A stretch of 64,000 bases of DNA from Phycisphaerae bacterium (GCA_012729395.1 JAAYDF010000097.1:4487-68486); one strand, 5' to 3'. Numbered from the stretch's first letter, positions 52,471-62,067 are shown. Numbers and translations are program-made. Notes: a model not told the origin generated them from the sequence alone.

Positions 52471-52830
52471 TCAGTATTTTCCCTGATACTCGTCAGCCGG
52501 GTATTTCTTGGCATTCTTGAGCATTTTGGCGTGTAGGGCGGAGCTGAGGTCGATGTCGGCGGCATTGGCGAAAGAGAGGGTGAAGGCCAGGATGTCTGCC
52601 AGCTCCTCCGCTGCCGCGTGACGAGCCTCGGGATCCCGCATCATCTCGCGTGAGGCTTCGTTTTGTGCCCAGCGGAAATGTTCCATCAGCTCGGCCGCCT
52701 CGGTCGCGATGGCCATCGAGAGGTTCTTGGGGTCGTGGAACTGCTCCCAGTCTCGCTCGCGGATGAAGTCGGCGACCAGCCGACGAAGCTCGGCCACGGT
52801 CACCGCACTGTCTGTCGGCTCGGTATTCAT
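52471..52830 (-). CDS. MazG-like nucleotide pyrophosphohydrolase
   Basis: 119-aa ORF: FIRERDWEQFHDPKNLSMAIATEAAELMEHFRW...EELADILAFTL (EExxE/D metal motifs). Confidence 0.85.
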   Translation of the reverse strand: MNTEPTDSAVTVAELRRLVADFIRERDWEQFHDPKNLSMAIATEAAELMEHFRWAQNEASREMMRDPEARHAAAEELADILAFTLSFANAADIDLSSALHAKMLKNAKKYPADEYQGKY

Positions 52831-52839
52831 GCGCGCGGG

Positions 52840-54069
52840 TTACTCGTTGATGGTGATGTACGACCGGCCCGGCTCGATCAACTGGTACACGAAGGCGATA
52901 TTGTCAGGAGCGAGCCGCACGCAGCCCATCGACACATCCTGGCCGATCGTGTCCGGCTCGATCGTGCCGTGAATGCCGTATCCGACTTGACCGACGGCGT
53001 CACCTTCCACGCCTTCAAGGCCGATCCAGTACTCCCCGATCGGGTTGCCTGGATCGTCCGCGTGCCACCTTTTGCCCGTCCGAGGGTCTGTCCAACTGGG
53101 GTTCTCAAGCTGATTGATCGCCTTCCACCGGCCCGTCGGGGTACTCCCGTTTTCCCCCAGAGCGACGCGCAGCGTACGGACGTAAACATCCTGAAGGTAC
53201 AGATCCATCTCGTGGGTGCTCTTGCGGATCGAGGCATGGAACGGACCGCGAAGAATCTTGATGCGCTGGCCTTCGCGGATGAAGTTCTTGCTTCGCAGGT
53301 TGTTGACCCGGGCCAGGAGTTCCTCGGAGATGTGGGCCTGCTTGGCAATCCGGCCGATCGTATCGCCCGACCGCACGGTATGCCACTCGACCAACGGATC
53401 GTTCGGGATAACCGCGCGGCTGAATAGTGTCTTATCTGCCAGATCCGCGAGTGCCTGGCGAGCCCTGCGGGCCTCCGCGTCGGCCAGGCCGCTATGCAGA
53501 GCTTCGTTGATCAGACCGCGAGCCTCGAGGGGCTGGTTACTCTCGACGGCTTCCAAGCCCCGTTGGAGCAGCGCGGATGCATCCCGTGGGAGAGGGACGC
53601 CCTTGCCGACGCTGGCGGGCCGGCTCGCTGTCGGCGGGATTGCCTGGGCAAGACGCCCTGCCGGGGCGGTCGCCGGCTGAGTGGTAGGGGGCAGCCGGGT
53701 ACCCGATCCGGTGGCGCCCGGTTGAGGAGACGCCGGCGAAATGCCGGCCGAACTCCCATCCTGCCCGATGGTCTTGTTCACACCCTGGCCGGGGGGAACC
53801 AAGAGGTGCAAGGCGGGGGTGTTTCGCGTCTGTTCCTTGTCGGGCATCCGCCCGGTCAGGAGGCTGAGCCCGGACTTGTCGCCGGGCCAAGTCAAGATCA
53901 GGACGGCGATCACGGCCAAAGCCGAGATGGCCACGATTCGTCTATTCCTACGCCGGCGGTCTCGTCTAAGATACACGACTCTCTCTCCATGATCCGAGGC
54001 CTGAGAGCGTTCAAGATACCACGAGCGAGCGGCGATGCCAACCACCGCCCCAGGCTTCGCGCGGGGCAA
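52840..54069 (-). CDS. L,D-transpeptidase (YkuD) with a LysM domain and membrane anchor
   Basis: LysM: HTVRSGDTIGRIAKQAHISEELLARVNNL....FIREGQRIKI. YkuD catalytic region: YGIHGT....IGQDVSMGCVRLAPDN. N-terminal TM: IVAISALAVIAVLILTW. Confidence 0.85.
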   Translation of the reverse strand: MPRAKPGAVVGIAARSWYLERSQASDHGERVVYLRRDRRRRNRRIVAISALAVIAVLILTWPGDKSGLSLLTGRMPDKEQTRNTPALHLLVPPGQGVNKTIGQDGSSAGISPASPQPGATGSGTRLPPTTQPATAPAGRLAQAIPPTASRPASVGKGVPLPRDASALLQRGLEAVESNQPLEARGLINEALHSGLADAEARRARQALADLADKTLFSRAVIPNDPLVEWHTVRSGDTIGRIAKQAHISEELLARVNNLRSKNFIREGQRIKILRGPFHASIRKSTHEMDLYLQDVYVRTLRVALGENGSTPTGRWKAINQLENPSWTDPRTGKRWHADDPGNPIGEYWIGLEGVEGDAVGQVGYGIHGTIEPDTIGQDVSMGCVRLAPDNIAFVYQLIEPGRSYITINE

Positions 54070-54093
54070 GGAGAGGATGGCGGTAGGAGGGGG

Positions 54094-54663
54094 CTACGGC
54101 CCGAAACGCACCACCTCGGCATCGGTGACCAGCATATCGACCTGCATGTCGTGCTCACTGACTGGGACGTGGTCCACGACCTGTTCCTGGAAGGCCAGCC
54201 CGCCGGCGACACCCTGCCAGTCCCGGTGGGCCAGAAAGCGATCGTAGAAGCCCCGTCCCCGCCCGATGCGGTTGCCCAACCGATCAAACCCCAGGCCAGG
54301 CACAATGATCAGGTCGATGTCGGCCACCGGAATGGGCACTCCCTCGGCGGGTTCACGCAGCCCCAGAGGAGACTCGCGCACGTCGTTGCCAAGCGATCGA
54401 ATCTCGATGGGCAACATGCGCCGCTGCTCCCAGCTCACCTTGGGGGCGAGCACACGCTTGCGGTCCCGCCAAGCTCGGTGCACCAGCGGGGTCGTGTCGA
54501 TCTCCGCAGGCAGCGACAGGAAGACCATGATGATCTCAGCTCGCTCGTACTCGGGGGTCTCGGCCAGCCGGCAGCATGCACGGACGGACCGCTCGTGCAG
54601 TTCCGTCGGTGACAACCGGGCCATGATCTCCCGCAGTTGTTGCCGTAGCGCTTTCTTAATCAC
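54094..54663 (-). CDS. 5-formyltetrahydrofolate cyclo-ligase
   Basis: 189-aa ORF with a GTG start overlapping the rarA stop (GTGA). Family blocks: IMVFLSLPAEIDT, IIVPGLGFDRLGNRIGRGRGFYDRFL. Confidence 0.85.
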   Translation of the reverse strand: MIKKALRQQLREIMARLSPTELHERSVRACCRLAETPEYERAEIIMVFLSLPAEIDTTPLVHRAWRDRKRVLAPKVSWEQRRMLPIEIRSLGNDVRESPLGLREPAEGVPIPVADIDLIIVPGLGFDRLGNRIGRGRGFYDRFLAHRDWQGVAGGLAFQEQVVDHVPVSEHDMQVDMLVTDAEVVRFGP

Positions 54664-56114
54664 GTCGGCCCTTTCCCGCGTGTCTGGTCGGTCAGGGGTG
54701 GTCCCTCCGTGGCCCGCGCCGGAGCCTCTGCAGAGGGATGGGCGGTCTGATCCGCCGACCCGGTTCCGCGCAGACGGTCGAGGCGAACGCCGATTTGGCG
54801 CTCGAACCCCCGGTCTGTCGGCACATAATACCGTTTATCGACGCCAAGGTAATCCTGCTGCACAAAACCGCCGGCGTGGTCGTGGGCGTATTCGTAGCCC
54901 TCCCCGTGCCCCAGCCGGGCGGAGCCCTTGTAATGCGTGTCACGCAGGTGCCGCGGCACGGGAATCGTCCGACCCTCGCGCACGTCCTTGGCCGCCGTCC
55001 AGATCGCCAGGGCCGACGCGTTGGACTTGGGGGCACAGGCGACGTAGATGACCGCTTGGCTGAGCGGCAGTTGGCATTCGGGCATGCCCACGAGCAGCGT
55101 GACCTGGGCGGCGGCGTTGGCCACCACGAGTGCCTGCGGATCGGCGTTGCCTACGTCTTCGGCCGCGCAGATGGTCACCCGCCGGGCGATGAACCGTGGA
55201 TCCTCGCCCGCCTCCAGCATGCGAGCCAGCCAGTAAACCGCCGCGTCGGGATCGCTGCCGCGCATGCTCTTGATGAGCGCACTGGCCGCGTCGTAGTGCT
55301 CGTCGCCCATGCCGTTGTAGACGATGGCTTTGCGCTGGATCGACTCCTGCGCGACCGCCAAGTCAATCACCATCGCAGCTTGCCCGTCGGGGCGAGCCTT
55401 GTCCGTCGCGCTATCCGGCGATGCCGGGTGCGACGCGATCTGAGACAGCACCGCTACCTCAAGGGCCAGCAGAGCTCTGCGAGCGTCGCCGTCGCAGGTG
55501 ATCGCCAAATGGTCGGCGGCTTCGGCGGTCAGTTCCACCGCGTAACGCCCCATGCCCCGTTCGCCGTCCGCCAATGCCCGGTACAGCAGCGTGCGGATGT
55601 CGGCAGGCGACAGCGGCTCAAACTGGAAGATCTGGCTGCGCGAAATGAGCGGGGCGTTGACGGAAAAAAAGGGGTTCTCCGTGGTGGCCCCGATCAGGAT
55701 CAGGAGCCCGTTCTCGACATCGCCGAGCAGGACGTCCTGCTGGGCACGGTTGAAGCGGTGGATCTCGTCAAGGAACAGGACCGTCCGCTGTCCGCTACTC
55801 GCGAGCCGCGCCCGAGCGTCGGCCATGACTTCGCGGACATCTTTGACACTGGCTCCGGCGGCGTTCATCTCGGCGAAGCGGGCCTGGGTGCGGTGGGCGA
55901 TGATATGGGCGAGCGTGGTCTTGCCGGTGCCCGGCGGGCCGTAGAAGATCGCGCTGGACAGCCGGTCGGCGTCCAGCAGCCGTCTGAGTAACTGGCCAGG
56001 TCCGACGAAATGACCCTGACCGAGGAACTCCTCCAGAGTCCGGGGCCGCATACGCACCGGCAAGGGCTCTACGCGTTTGAAGGCCGCTCGTCGTTGTTCG
56101 GTGAAAAGATCCAT
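54660..56114 (-). CDS. rarA: Replication-associated recombination protein A (AAA+ ATPase RarA/MgsA)
   Basis: Start ATG 56114 gives MDLFTEQRR...PLPVRMRPRTLEEFLGQ. Walker A GPPGTGKTTLA, Walker B VLFLDEIHRFN, and the MgsA C-terminal domain (YDAASALIKSMRGSDPDAAVYWLARML). Confidence 0.92.
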   Translation of the reverse strand: MDLFTEQRRAAFKRVEPLPVRMRPRTLEEFLGQGHFVGPGQLLRRLLDADRLSSAIFYGPPGTGKTTLAHIIAHRTQARFAEMNAAGASVKDVREVMADARARLASSGQRTVLFLDEIHRFNRAQQDVLLGDVENGLLILIGATTENPFFSVNAPLISRSQIFQFEPLSPADIRTLLYRALADGERGMGRYAVELTAEAADHLAITCDGDARRALLALEVAVLSQIASHPASPDSATDKARPDGQAAMVIDLAVAQESIQRKAIVYNGMGDEHYDAASALIKSMRGSDPDAAVYWLARMLEAGEDPRFIARRVTICAAEDVGNADPQALVVANAAAQVTLLVGMPECQLPLSQAVIYVACAPKSNASALAIWTAAKDVREGRTIPVPRHLRDTHYKGSARLGHGEGYEYAHDHAGGFVQQDYLGVDKRYYVPTDRGFERQIGVRLDRLRGTGSADQTAHPSAEAPARATEGPPLTDQTRGKGPT

Positions 56115-56541
56115 ACGCGCACGCCCCGCTCTGCGCCGCCGAACGCGGAAGAAGGTGGCGACGAAGTCATTAGACCATACGGCACGGGATCGTGCAATTC
56201 GTGGCGGCAAGGAGACGGATGGCAAGGACCGCGACGAGTAGACGGGAGGAGCCCGACACTGTCAGGCATGAGGTAGGCCGGCCGGTTGCTGGAACCGGCC
56301 GGCGTCTCCCTCGTCCGAGGCACAAGAAGAAGTCTGTCGGTTTCGCTGAACGGGTGTCGGGTTGGTCGCGGGGCAGGCGACACCGGATCCCCGATGTTGG
56401 GAGCCGCCGAGCTTGAGGCGCGAGGATGGCTGTGCCGAGCGGTCATCGTCGGCTCCGCGAAGCGGCAAGCCCTCGCCAAGTGCTCTGACCGCAAGTTCCT
56501 GCCTCGCCTCCGCGCCCAACGCCTCCAACATTCAACGTGTG

Positions 56542-56576
56542 GCCTTCAGCCTTTAGCCTTGCGCCTTCCGCCTCAC
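56542..56576. repeat. Tandem 7-nt repeat array (5 units GCCTTNN on plus = NNAAGGC on minus) abutting the peroxiredoxin stop codon
   Basis: Read directly: GCCTTCA GCCTTTA GCCTTGC GCCTTCC GCCTCAC, then cta (stop codon TAG of the minus-strand gene at 56579-56577). Confidence 0.9.
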
Positions 56577-57215
56577 CTACTTCACGTCCTTGAAGTAGTT
56601 CTGCGAGCCGACCGGGTCGGGTCTCATCGTCTTGGCGCCGGGTTGCCAGTTGGCGGGGCAGACCTCGCCATGCTTGGCTACATACTGGTAGGCCTGGATG
56701 AGCCGGAGGGTTTCGTCCACACTTCGGCCGACGCCCAGGTTGTTGACCGTGAAGGTCTGCAGGATGCCCTTGTCGTCGATGATGAAGATACCGCGAGCCG
56801 CGACCCCGCCGTCCAGGAGTACGCGGTAGGCGCAGGCCGCCTCTTTGTTCAGATCCGCCAGCAGTGGGTAGGCGATTTCGCCAAGGCCACCCTTGTTGCG
56901 CGGTGTGTTCTTCCATGCGAGGTGGGTGAACTGGCTGTCCACCGACGCGCCGACAACCTTGGCTCCCAGCTTCTCGAACTCCTCGATCCGGTCGCTGAAC
57001 GCGATGATCTCGGTCGGGCAGACGAAGGTGAAATCCAAAGGATAGAAGAACAGGACGATGTACTTGCCGGTGAATTTCTGGTCACCCACCGTCAGGACGC
57101 CATGCTCATACCTGAGATCCTTGAACTCCGAGCCGACCACCGCTTGACCCTTGAAAGCGGGAGCCGGTTGTCCAACCTGGAGGACGGAGCAGCATTCGTT
57201 GGTGTCTGCACTCAT
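56577..57215 (-). CDS. Typical 2-Cys peroxiredoxin (AhpC/Prx1 family)
   Basis: Start ATG 57215 (AAGGAG SD). Peroxidatic Cys motif [15 protein letters not shown]. Resolving Cys GEVCPANW. Confidence 0.93.
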   Translation of the reverse strand: MSADTNECCSVLQVGQPAPAFKGQAVVGSEFKDLRYEHGVLTVGDQKFTGKYIVLFFYPLDFTFVCPTEIIAFSDRIEEFEKLGAKVVGASVDSQFTHLAWKNTPRNKGGLGEIAYPLLADLNKEAACAYRVLLDGGVAARGIFIIDDKGILQTFTVNNLGVGRSVDETLRLIQAYQYVAKHGEVCPANWQPGAKTMRPDPVGSQNYFKDVK

Positions 57216-57528
57216 GGGCGTTTTCTCCTTTCGGTCCACGGATGTTTGTCGCCGATCGTGTGTCGCTCCTCGGACACGCGGGGATTCTAGGAGGCCCATA
57301 GGGCTTCGGCCACCGGTCGCTCGTCCGAATACGGACAAACCGGCATGGGCGAGCCGGCAGGCGCATCTGAGGGTTCAGGCTGCCCGATGGGGGATAGCGA
57401 GTTGCGGACTTCGGCCCGCGCGGCCCTTCGGGTGCGATCAGCGGTCACCGCGCATACACGCCCCGGGCAAGGGCAGCGCTGCCGCATGTCTGCGATCATG
57501 ACGCGGTGAGATACTGGGCTTCGTCGAG

Positions 57529-59190
57529 TCAGCCGCCTGCGGTCTCTGACTCCTTGGGAGGAAGATGCTCGGCAGGAATGGGCTTGCCTTCCAGCAGAGC
57601 GTCGAGTTGGGCTTTGACACGGGGTTCCAGGTCGGCTCGGTTGCCGACGTTGACTGCCTCGATGGCACCGCCCTTGCCCACGATGACCATGGTCGGGAAT
57701 CCGTTGGCCTGGAACTGCTTGCCGACCGCGTTCTCCGGGTCAACGGCTACCTCACCTTTGACCCCGATGCCTGAGAGAACCTGCACGACCTCTTCTTGAG
57801 TGAACGGCTTGCGCATCGTCTCCTGAACGTAGAGGAATCGGACGCCCTTGGACTCATAGTCTGCTCGCAGAGCTTCGAGGCGAGGCATCTGCTTCTTGCA
57901 GAAGCCGCAATTGGGGGCGAAGAAGTCGAGCACCGCGATGGAACCCTTGAATGACTCACTGGATACCGATTTTCCACCGAAGGTCCTCAGGTCAAACACA
58001 GGGGCCTTTGTCCCGACGAGCTTCTCGGCGGGCCTTAGTCGGGTGGGGGTAGGCGTGGGGGTGGGGCTGGGGGTAGTCTGCTGCTGGGCCGTCCGGGCCG
58101 GCGGAGTGGTCGGCCGCTTTCGGATAGGAACCTCAATAACCGGTTGCTCAGCATCGTCGGTACGGATGGTGAGCTTGCGGCCTTCGTCTGGAACGACGTA
58201 GCCCGCCTGCGGCTCGATCACGATGATGTAAAGCTTGCCGCCGCTTCGTTCCTCCACAGTCGTCGTAATGGCCGGGTCATCCACTGTTGCTCCGGTCACC
58301 TTGACCGGTGTGTCCCCGTTATTGCTCAATCGGACATACTGTCGGAAGGTGGTGGGCGGTTTGTCCGCGGGTTGACTGGTCGGCGTTACGATCAACAATT
58401 CCTTGGGTACGACGGCCAAGCGGCCCTGGATGTTGGCCATCGCTATGATGTTGAGCTGTCGCAGCTCTTCGACGTTGGTCAGGATGGTCGCCGTGGTTTT
58501 CTGGTTACTCGGCACCTCGTAGGGCGGAACGGTCGTGACCACCAGCTCAAACGCCTTCCCCGGTTCAACCTCCTTGAGCTCAAAGCGAAATGGCCCCGCC
58601 TCCGTCATATAGGGATCGAGAGCCAGTTTGAGCTTCTTGTCCATGCGGTTGGTGATCTTCAACGTCCGGGTTTGCGGCTTGTCGCCGTAGACCGCGCCGA
58701 AGTTGGCGGCTGTCGGGATGATGTCAATGTGCCGTTTGACCTCGCCTTTCACCGCAAGCATCACCTGTGGTTTGGCGGGGTCGTTGGTTGTGATGGCAAT
58801 GCTCTTGCTGTAGACATTATGGACCGAGGCCGTGTTCAGACGGACGGGAAACTCGCCGGTCTCGCCAGGCTTGATGACCTTGGGATGTTGACCCACCACG
58901 GTGCAGCCGCAGGCCGGTCGGACCTGAAGAATCTCCAGGTCCGCGTTCCCCGTGTTTCTGATTTTGAATGTGTGGTCGAGAGTGCCGCCGACCCAGTTGC
59001 TGCCGAAATCATGAATCGGTTCATCCACTGTGGCCACGGGCTTCGCGTCACCGGCTGGGCTCGCAGCCGCGGCGGCGGGCGCGGTGGCTGCCTGCCCGTA
59101 TACGCTTTGGCTTCCAGCCCACAACAAGAAACTCGTCGCCAATACAGCATGAGCAAACACGTTCCCGGTCCGCAAATCCAGTCGCATCAT
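57529..59190 (-). CDS. Secreted DUF1573-repeat protein fused to a C-terminal TlpA/ResA-type thioredoxin domain
   Basis: Start ATG 59190 or 59187 gives MMRLDLRTGNVFAHAVLATSFLLWAGSQSVYG, a signal peptide. DUF1573 signature: HDFGSNWVGGTLDHTFKIRNTGNADLEILQVRPACGCTV. Thr/Pro linker. Thioredoxin fold: IAVLDFFAPNCGFCKKQMP. Confidence 0.8.
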   Translation of the reverse strand: MMRLDLRTGNVFAHAVLATSFLLWAGSQSVYGQAATAPAAAAASPAGDAKPVATVDEPIHDFGSNWVGGTLDHTFKIRNTGNADLEILQVRPACGCTVVGQHPKVIKPGETGEFPVRLNTASVHNVYSKSIAITTNDPAKPQVMLAVKGEVKRHIDIIPTAANFGAVYGDKPQTRTLKITNRMDKKLKLALDPYMTEAGPFRFELKEVEPGKAFELVVTTVPPYEVPSNQKTTATILTNVEELRQLNIIAMANIQGRLAVVPKELLIVTPTSQPADKPPTTFRQYVRLSNNGDTPVKVTGATVDDPAITTTVEERSGGKLYIIVIEPQAGYVVPDEGRKLTIRTDDAEQPVIEVPIRKRPTTPPARTAQQQTTPSPTPTPTPTRLRPAEKLVGTKAPVFDLRTFGGKSVSSESFKGSIAVLDFFAPNCGFCKKQMPRLEALRADYESKGVRFLYVQETMRKPFTQEEVVQVLSGIGVKGEVAVDPENAVGKQFQANGFPTMVIVGKGGAIEAVNVGNRADLEPRVKAQLDALLEGKPIPAEHLPPKESETAGG

Positions 59191-59364
59191 TCGTATCCTC
59201 GGGGTATGGCACATTGAGGGCATGGGCACTGCTTTGTGCTGGCTCTCCTTGCCCGCACCACAGCGGGCACGTCCTAGCTACTCTAGCGGCTCCGTGAGTG
59301 TCAGGCAACCCGCGCGACGGTCTTTGTTCGGTTGGCGGTTAACCATGCGACGCCGCTGGGGCGA

Positions 59365-59589
59365 TCACCAGCGTCCCTCGATGACTGCAGTGAGTTGGCG
59401 TCCAGTGTGGCTGGAAATGGAGGTCAGGATGAACACAGACAGGACCAGCAGGATGACTCGCCAGCGATGCCGTCTTGGCAAACGAACCCAGGCGATCACA
59501 GTCAGCCCGGTGAGGTTGTAGTCGCATTGGAGACAGCGCAGGTGCTCATCGACAGGTGCCTGCGGCGTCTTGTTCGGGGCCGTCTCCAT
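59365..59589 (-). CDS. Possible 74-aa membrane protein with an N-terminal CxxC half zinc-ribbon motif
   Basis: ATG 59589 is preceded by GGAGAA with 6-nt spacing. Sequence: METAPNKTPQAPVDEHLRCLQCDYNLTGL...WRVILLVLSVFILTSI (one TM). It is the tail of track ORF 59365..59784. No second Cys pair, so support is weak. Confidence 0.35.
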   Translation of the reverse strand: METAPNKTPQAPVDEHLRCLQCDYNLTGLTVIAWVRLPRRHRWRVILLVLSVFILTSISSHTGRQLTAVIEGRW

Positions 59590-59668
59590 GGCGTGTTCTC
59601 CGGTTGATTCAGGCGTCATGACCGGTACGATAGCGCCGGGGCACAGACCCAGACAAGGAATGATCGAT

Positions 59669-60070
59669 ATGGACGAACAGGCGGTTGGGGGTGAGATCGA
59701 GATTCGGGTGCGATACGCGGAATGCGACCCAATGGGCTTTCTCCACCACAGCAAGTACTTCGAGTATTTCGAGATGGCCCGCACGGAATTGCTTCGCCGG
59801 ACGGGCGTGCGTTACCGCGACCTCGAGGAACGGGGATACCTGTTCGTCGTGGCGAAGGTTGAATGCCGGTTCCGGCGGCCTGCCCGTTACGACGACCTGC
59901 TGACCCTCAAGGTGACGATCACCCGGCTGACTCGGGCCCGGATCGATCATCGGTACGAGCTGTACCGGGACGGCCTGCTGCTGTGCGAGGCGAGCAGCGT
60001 GCTGGCTTGTGTGGACCGCGATGGCCGCGTCATCCCCATTCCCGACGATATCATTCATCCCCAACCGTGA
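59669..60070 (+). CDS. Hotdog-fold acyl-CoA thioesterase (YbgC/4HBT class), paralog of 26722-27255
   Basis: Start ATG 59669 (AAGGA 9 nt upstream) gives MDEQAVGGEIEIRVRYAECDPMGFLHHSKYFEYFEMARTELLRRTG..YRDLEERGYLFVVAKVECRFRRPARYDDLL. Confidence 0.8.
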   Translation: MDEQAVGGEIEIRVRYAECDPMGFLHHSKYFEYFEMARTELLRRTGVRYRDLEERGYLFVVAKVECRFRRPARYDDLLTLKVTITRLTRARIDHRYELYRDGLLLCEASSVLACVDRDGRVIPIPDDIIHPQP

Positions 60071-60077
60071 GGTTTCG

Positions 60078-61142
60078 ATGCCTGTTCTGTGTCAGCTCGC
60101 CAATCCGGACACCTACCAGGTGTCAACGTGGAATCTGATGGATAGCGAGGAGGACGCGGCCTACTGGCTGGCTCTTTTTGCTGGCTTTCCCGGCCGGTCC
60201 GATCGGTATCTGCTTGAAGACGGTCTGGCGGGCCCGGATTTCTCGCGGCGGTGGTTGGCGTTTGCGACTGAGTACGCCGAGCGTTTGGAGATGATCCGCG
60301 TCGAGGCGGAACGCACCGGCCGGTTGTACACCATCGATTTGTGCCGTTTTCGCTGGGATATGCTCGATCGGCACGGGTTCCCCGATCCCTGCGCAGGCGT
60401 CAAGCAGCGCGAAAACGACGTGGCGGTGACGCTCTACCCCGAGGTCGTTCAGCGGGTGGATGCCCTCGCCGGCCGGCATCGTTGGGAACTGCTGCTCAAG
60501 GGCATCCTGGCGGGCAACATGTTCGACCTCGGCTCGCCGGAAACCATGGCTATGTACCAGCGGGGCGAGGCGGATTTCTTCGGCTTCCTGGAGTGCGTGC
60601 CGGCCCGACCGTGGTTCATCGACCACGCGGATGTGCTCCTGTCGGGTCTGAATGGTCGGGCTCGATGGCGACAGGTGCTCATTTTCGTGGACAACTCGGG
60701 GGCCGATATCGTCCTTGGGGTTCTGCCGCTGGCCCGGGAACTGGGCCGGCAGGGACTTCGGGTTGCCTTGGCGGCCAACAGGACGCCCGCGCTGAACGAT
60801 ATCACCATCGGGGAGCTTCGCCCGCTTCTGGAGCGTGTGGCGGGCATGGACCCGGTGCTGAGCGACCTGCTGACCTCTGGTCGGCTTGTTGCCATCGATT
60901 CCGGCAATAGCTACCCGTCGATCGACCTGAGCCGAGTCAGCGAGGAGTGCGATGCCGCAGCCGCGGAAAGTGATTTGATCGTGCTGGAAGGCATGGGCCG
61001 GGCTATCGAGAGCAACTGGGACGCGTCGTTCAAATGCGATGTCTGGCGGGTGGCGATGCTCAAGGATGAATCCGTGGTTCGTTGGCGCGGGGCGAAGCTT
61101 TTTGACGCGGTGTGCCGTCTCGAATCCCCCGTCGTCGCGTGA
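60078..61142 (+). CDS. DUF89 / ARMT1-like damage-control phosphatase family protein
   Basis: Start ATG 60078 (GAGG SD). Blocks: VLIFVDNSGADIVLGVLPLARELG, AANRTPALNDIT, VLEGMGRAIESN. These resemble the DUF89 metal-binding motifs. Assignment is by eye. Confidence 0.6.
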   Translation: MPVLCQLANPDTYQVSTWNLMDSEEDAAYWLALFAGFPGRSDRYLLEDGLAGPDFSRRWLAFATEYAERLEMIRVEAERTGRLYTIDLCRFRWDMLDRHGFPDPCAGVKQRENDVAVTLYPEVVQRVDALAGRHRWELLLKGILAGNMFDLGSPETMAMYQRGEADFFGFLECVPARPWFIDHADVLLSGLNGRARWRQVLIFVDNSGADIVLGVLPLARELGRQGLRVALAANRTPALNDITIGELRPLLERVAGMDPVLSDLLTSGRLVAIDSGNSYPSIDLSRVSEECDAAAAESDLIVLEGMGRAIESNWDASFKCDVWRVAMLKDESVVRWRGAKLFDAVCRLESPVVA

Positions 61143-61232
61143 GGTGGAAGCGGCCTGGCGGTGAAGGGCTTGGGCAACCGGTAGGGTGTTTCTTCTTCGA
61201 TACGGCGCGTCGCGGCGTCCGGGCAAGCCGCG

Positions 61233-61913
61233 TCAAGAGTCGGGCGACGTGGCCGGTGCGGTGCTCACCAACGGTCGCGTGATTTTGAAGGCTTTCTGCG
61301 TGGTGAGTAGCTTGCCGGTGAGCAGGTCCGTGAAGGCCACATGCGCGGTCACTTCGTCGTGGAGCGGCATCTGGCCGGGTGGCCAGGGGCAGCGAACGGT
61401 GAAGTGGTACGTCCACAGCCGCCCGTACCAGAGCTTGCGGGTGGCCGGCACGTCAAAGTGATACTCGGCAACGACGTTGGCGTTGGGCGGGCTCAGAGGA
61501 TCCAGAATCGTGATCCTCAAGCTGCCGGCCGCCTTGATGGCATGCCCATCGCGGTCGATGGGGCGAATGAACAGGGCGATTCCGTCATCGCCGGGTTGCC
61601 CGTCGGTATCGTAGCCGCCGGACATCTCCTCGAGTTCCAGCCGGACCGGGGCGACAAGTTCATCGAGCAAATCCTGGCGGGTGAGCCCTCGTTGCCGGGC
61701 GATGCGTGCTTGCAGGGCTTGGGCCAGCTCGGCCTGTTGGGCGAGTTCGTCGCCTAGGCGGCGGACTTCCTCGCGGGATTCTTGGAGCTGGCGTTGCACC
61801 TCCCGAAAGTCGTTCGCGGGCACTTGGCTCTCGCACCCGAGCGCCAGGAGAGGGAGCAGCAGGCTCATCACCCAGTGGGTCGTACGTCGCGAAGCGGCCA
61901 TCAACCGTTCCAC
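61233..61913 (-). CDS. Hypothetical lipoprotein with a coiled-coil N-region
   Basis: MSLLLPLLALGCESQ lipobox, then a Q/E/L/R heptad-like stretch and a C-terminal beta-rich domain. No family recognised. The start could be 61913 or an internal start. Confidence 0.5.
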   Translation of the reverse strand: MERLMAASRRTTHWVMSLLLPLLALGCESQVPANDFREVQRQLQESREEVRRLGDELAQQAELAQALQARIARQRGLTRQDLLDELVAPVRLELEEMSGGYDTDGQPGDDGIALFIRPIDRDGHAIKAAGSLRITILDPLSPPNANVVAEYHFDVPATRKLWYGRLWTYHFTVRCPWPPGQMPLHDEVTAHVAFTDLLTGKLLTTQKAFKITRPLVSTAPATSPDS

Positions 61914-62067
61914 GTTCAGGTCTCCCTTGATGGGGTTACTCCCCTCGCTCGAACCGTCGTCGGTCAGCCGGTCGTGTCCTCTCGACTCAAGTGGCCACTG
62001 TTGGCGTTCGACGAATCGATGCCCCCAAACGCCTCCCGCCTGGTCGTCACGACACAGCTCTGCCGAG

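Noticed and set aside
56276-56303. GC-rich hairpin GGCCGGCCGGTT-gctgg-AACCGGCCGGC as the terminator of the peroxiredoxin gene
   Set aside because: It lies ~275 nt past the stop codon. No T/U tract follows it on either strand. It could equally be part of the rarA promoter region, so it is not supportable as a terminator from sequence alone.
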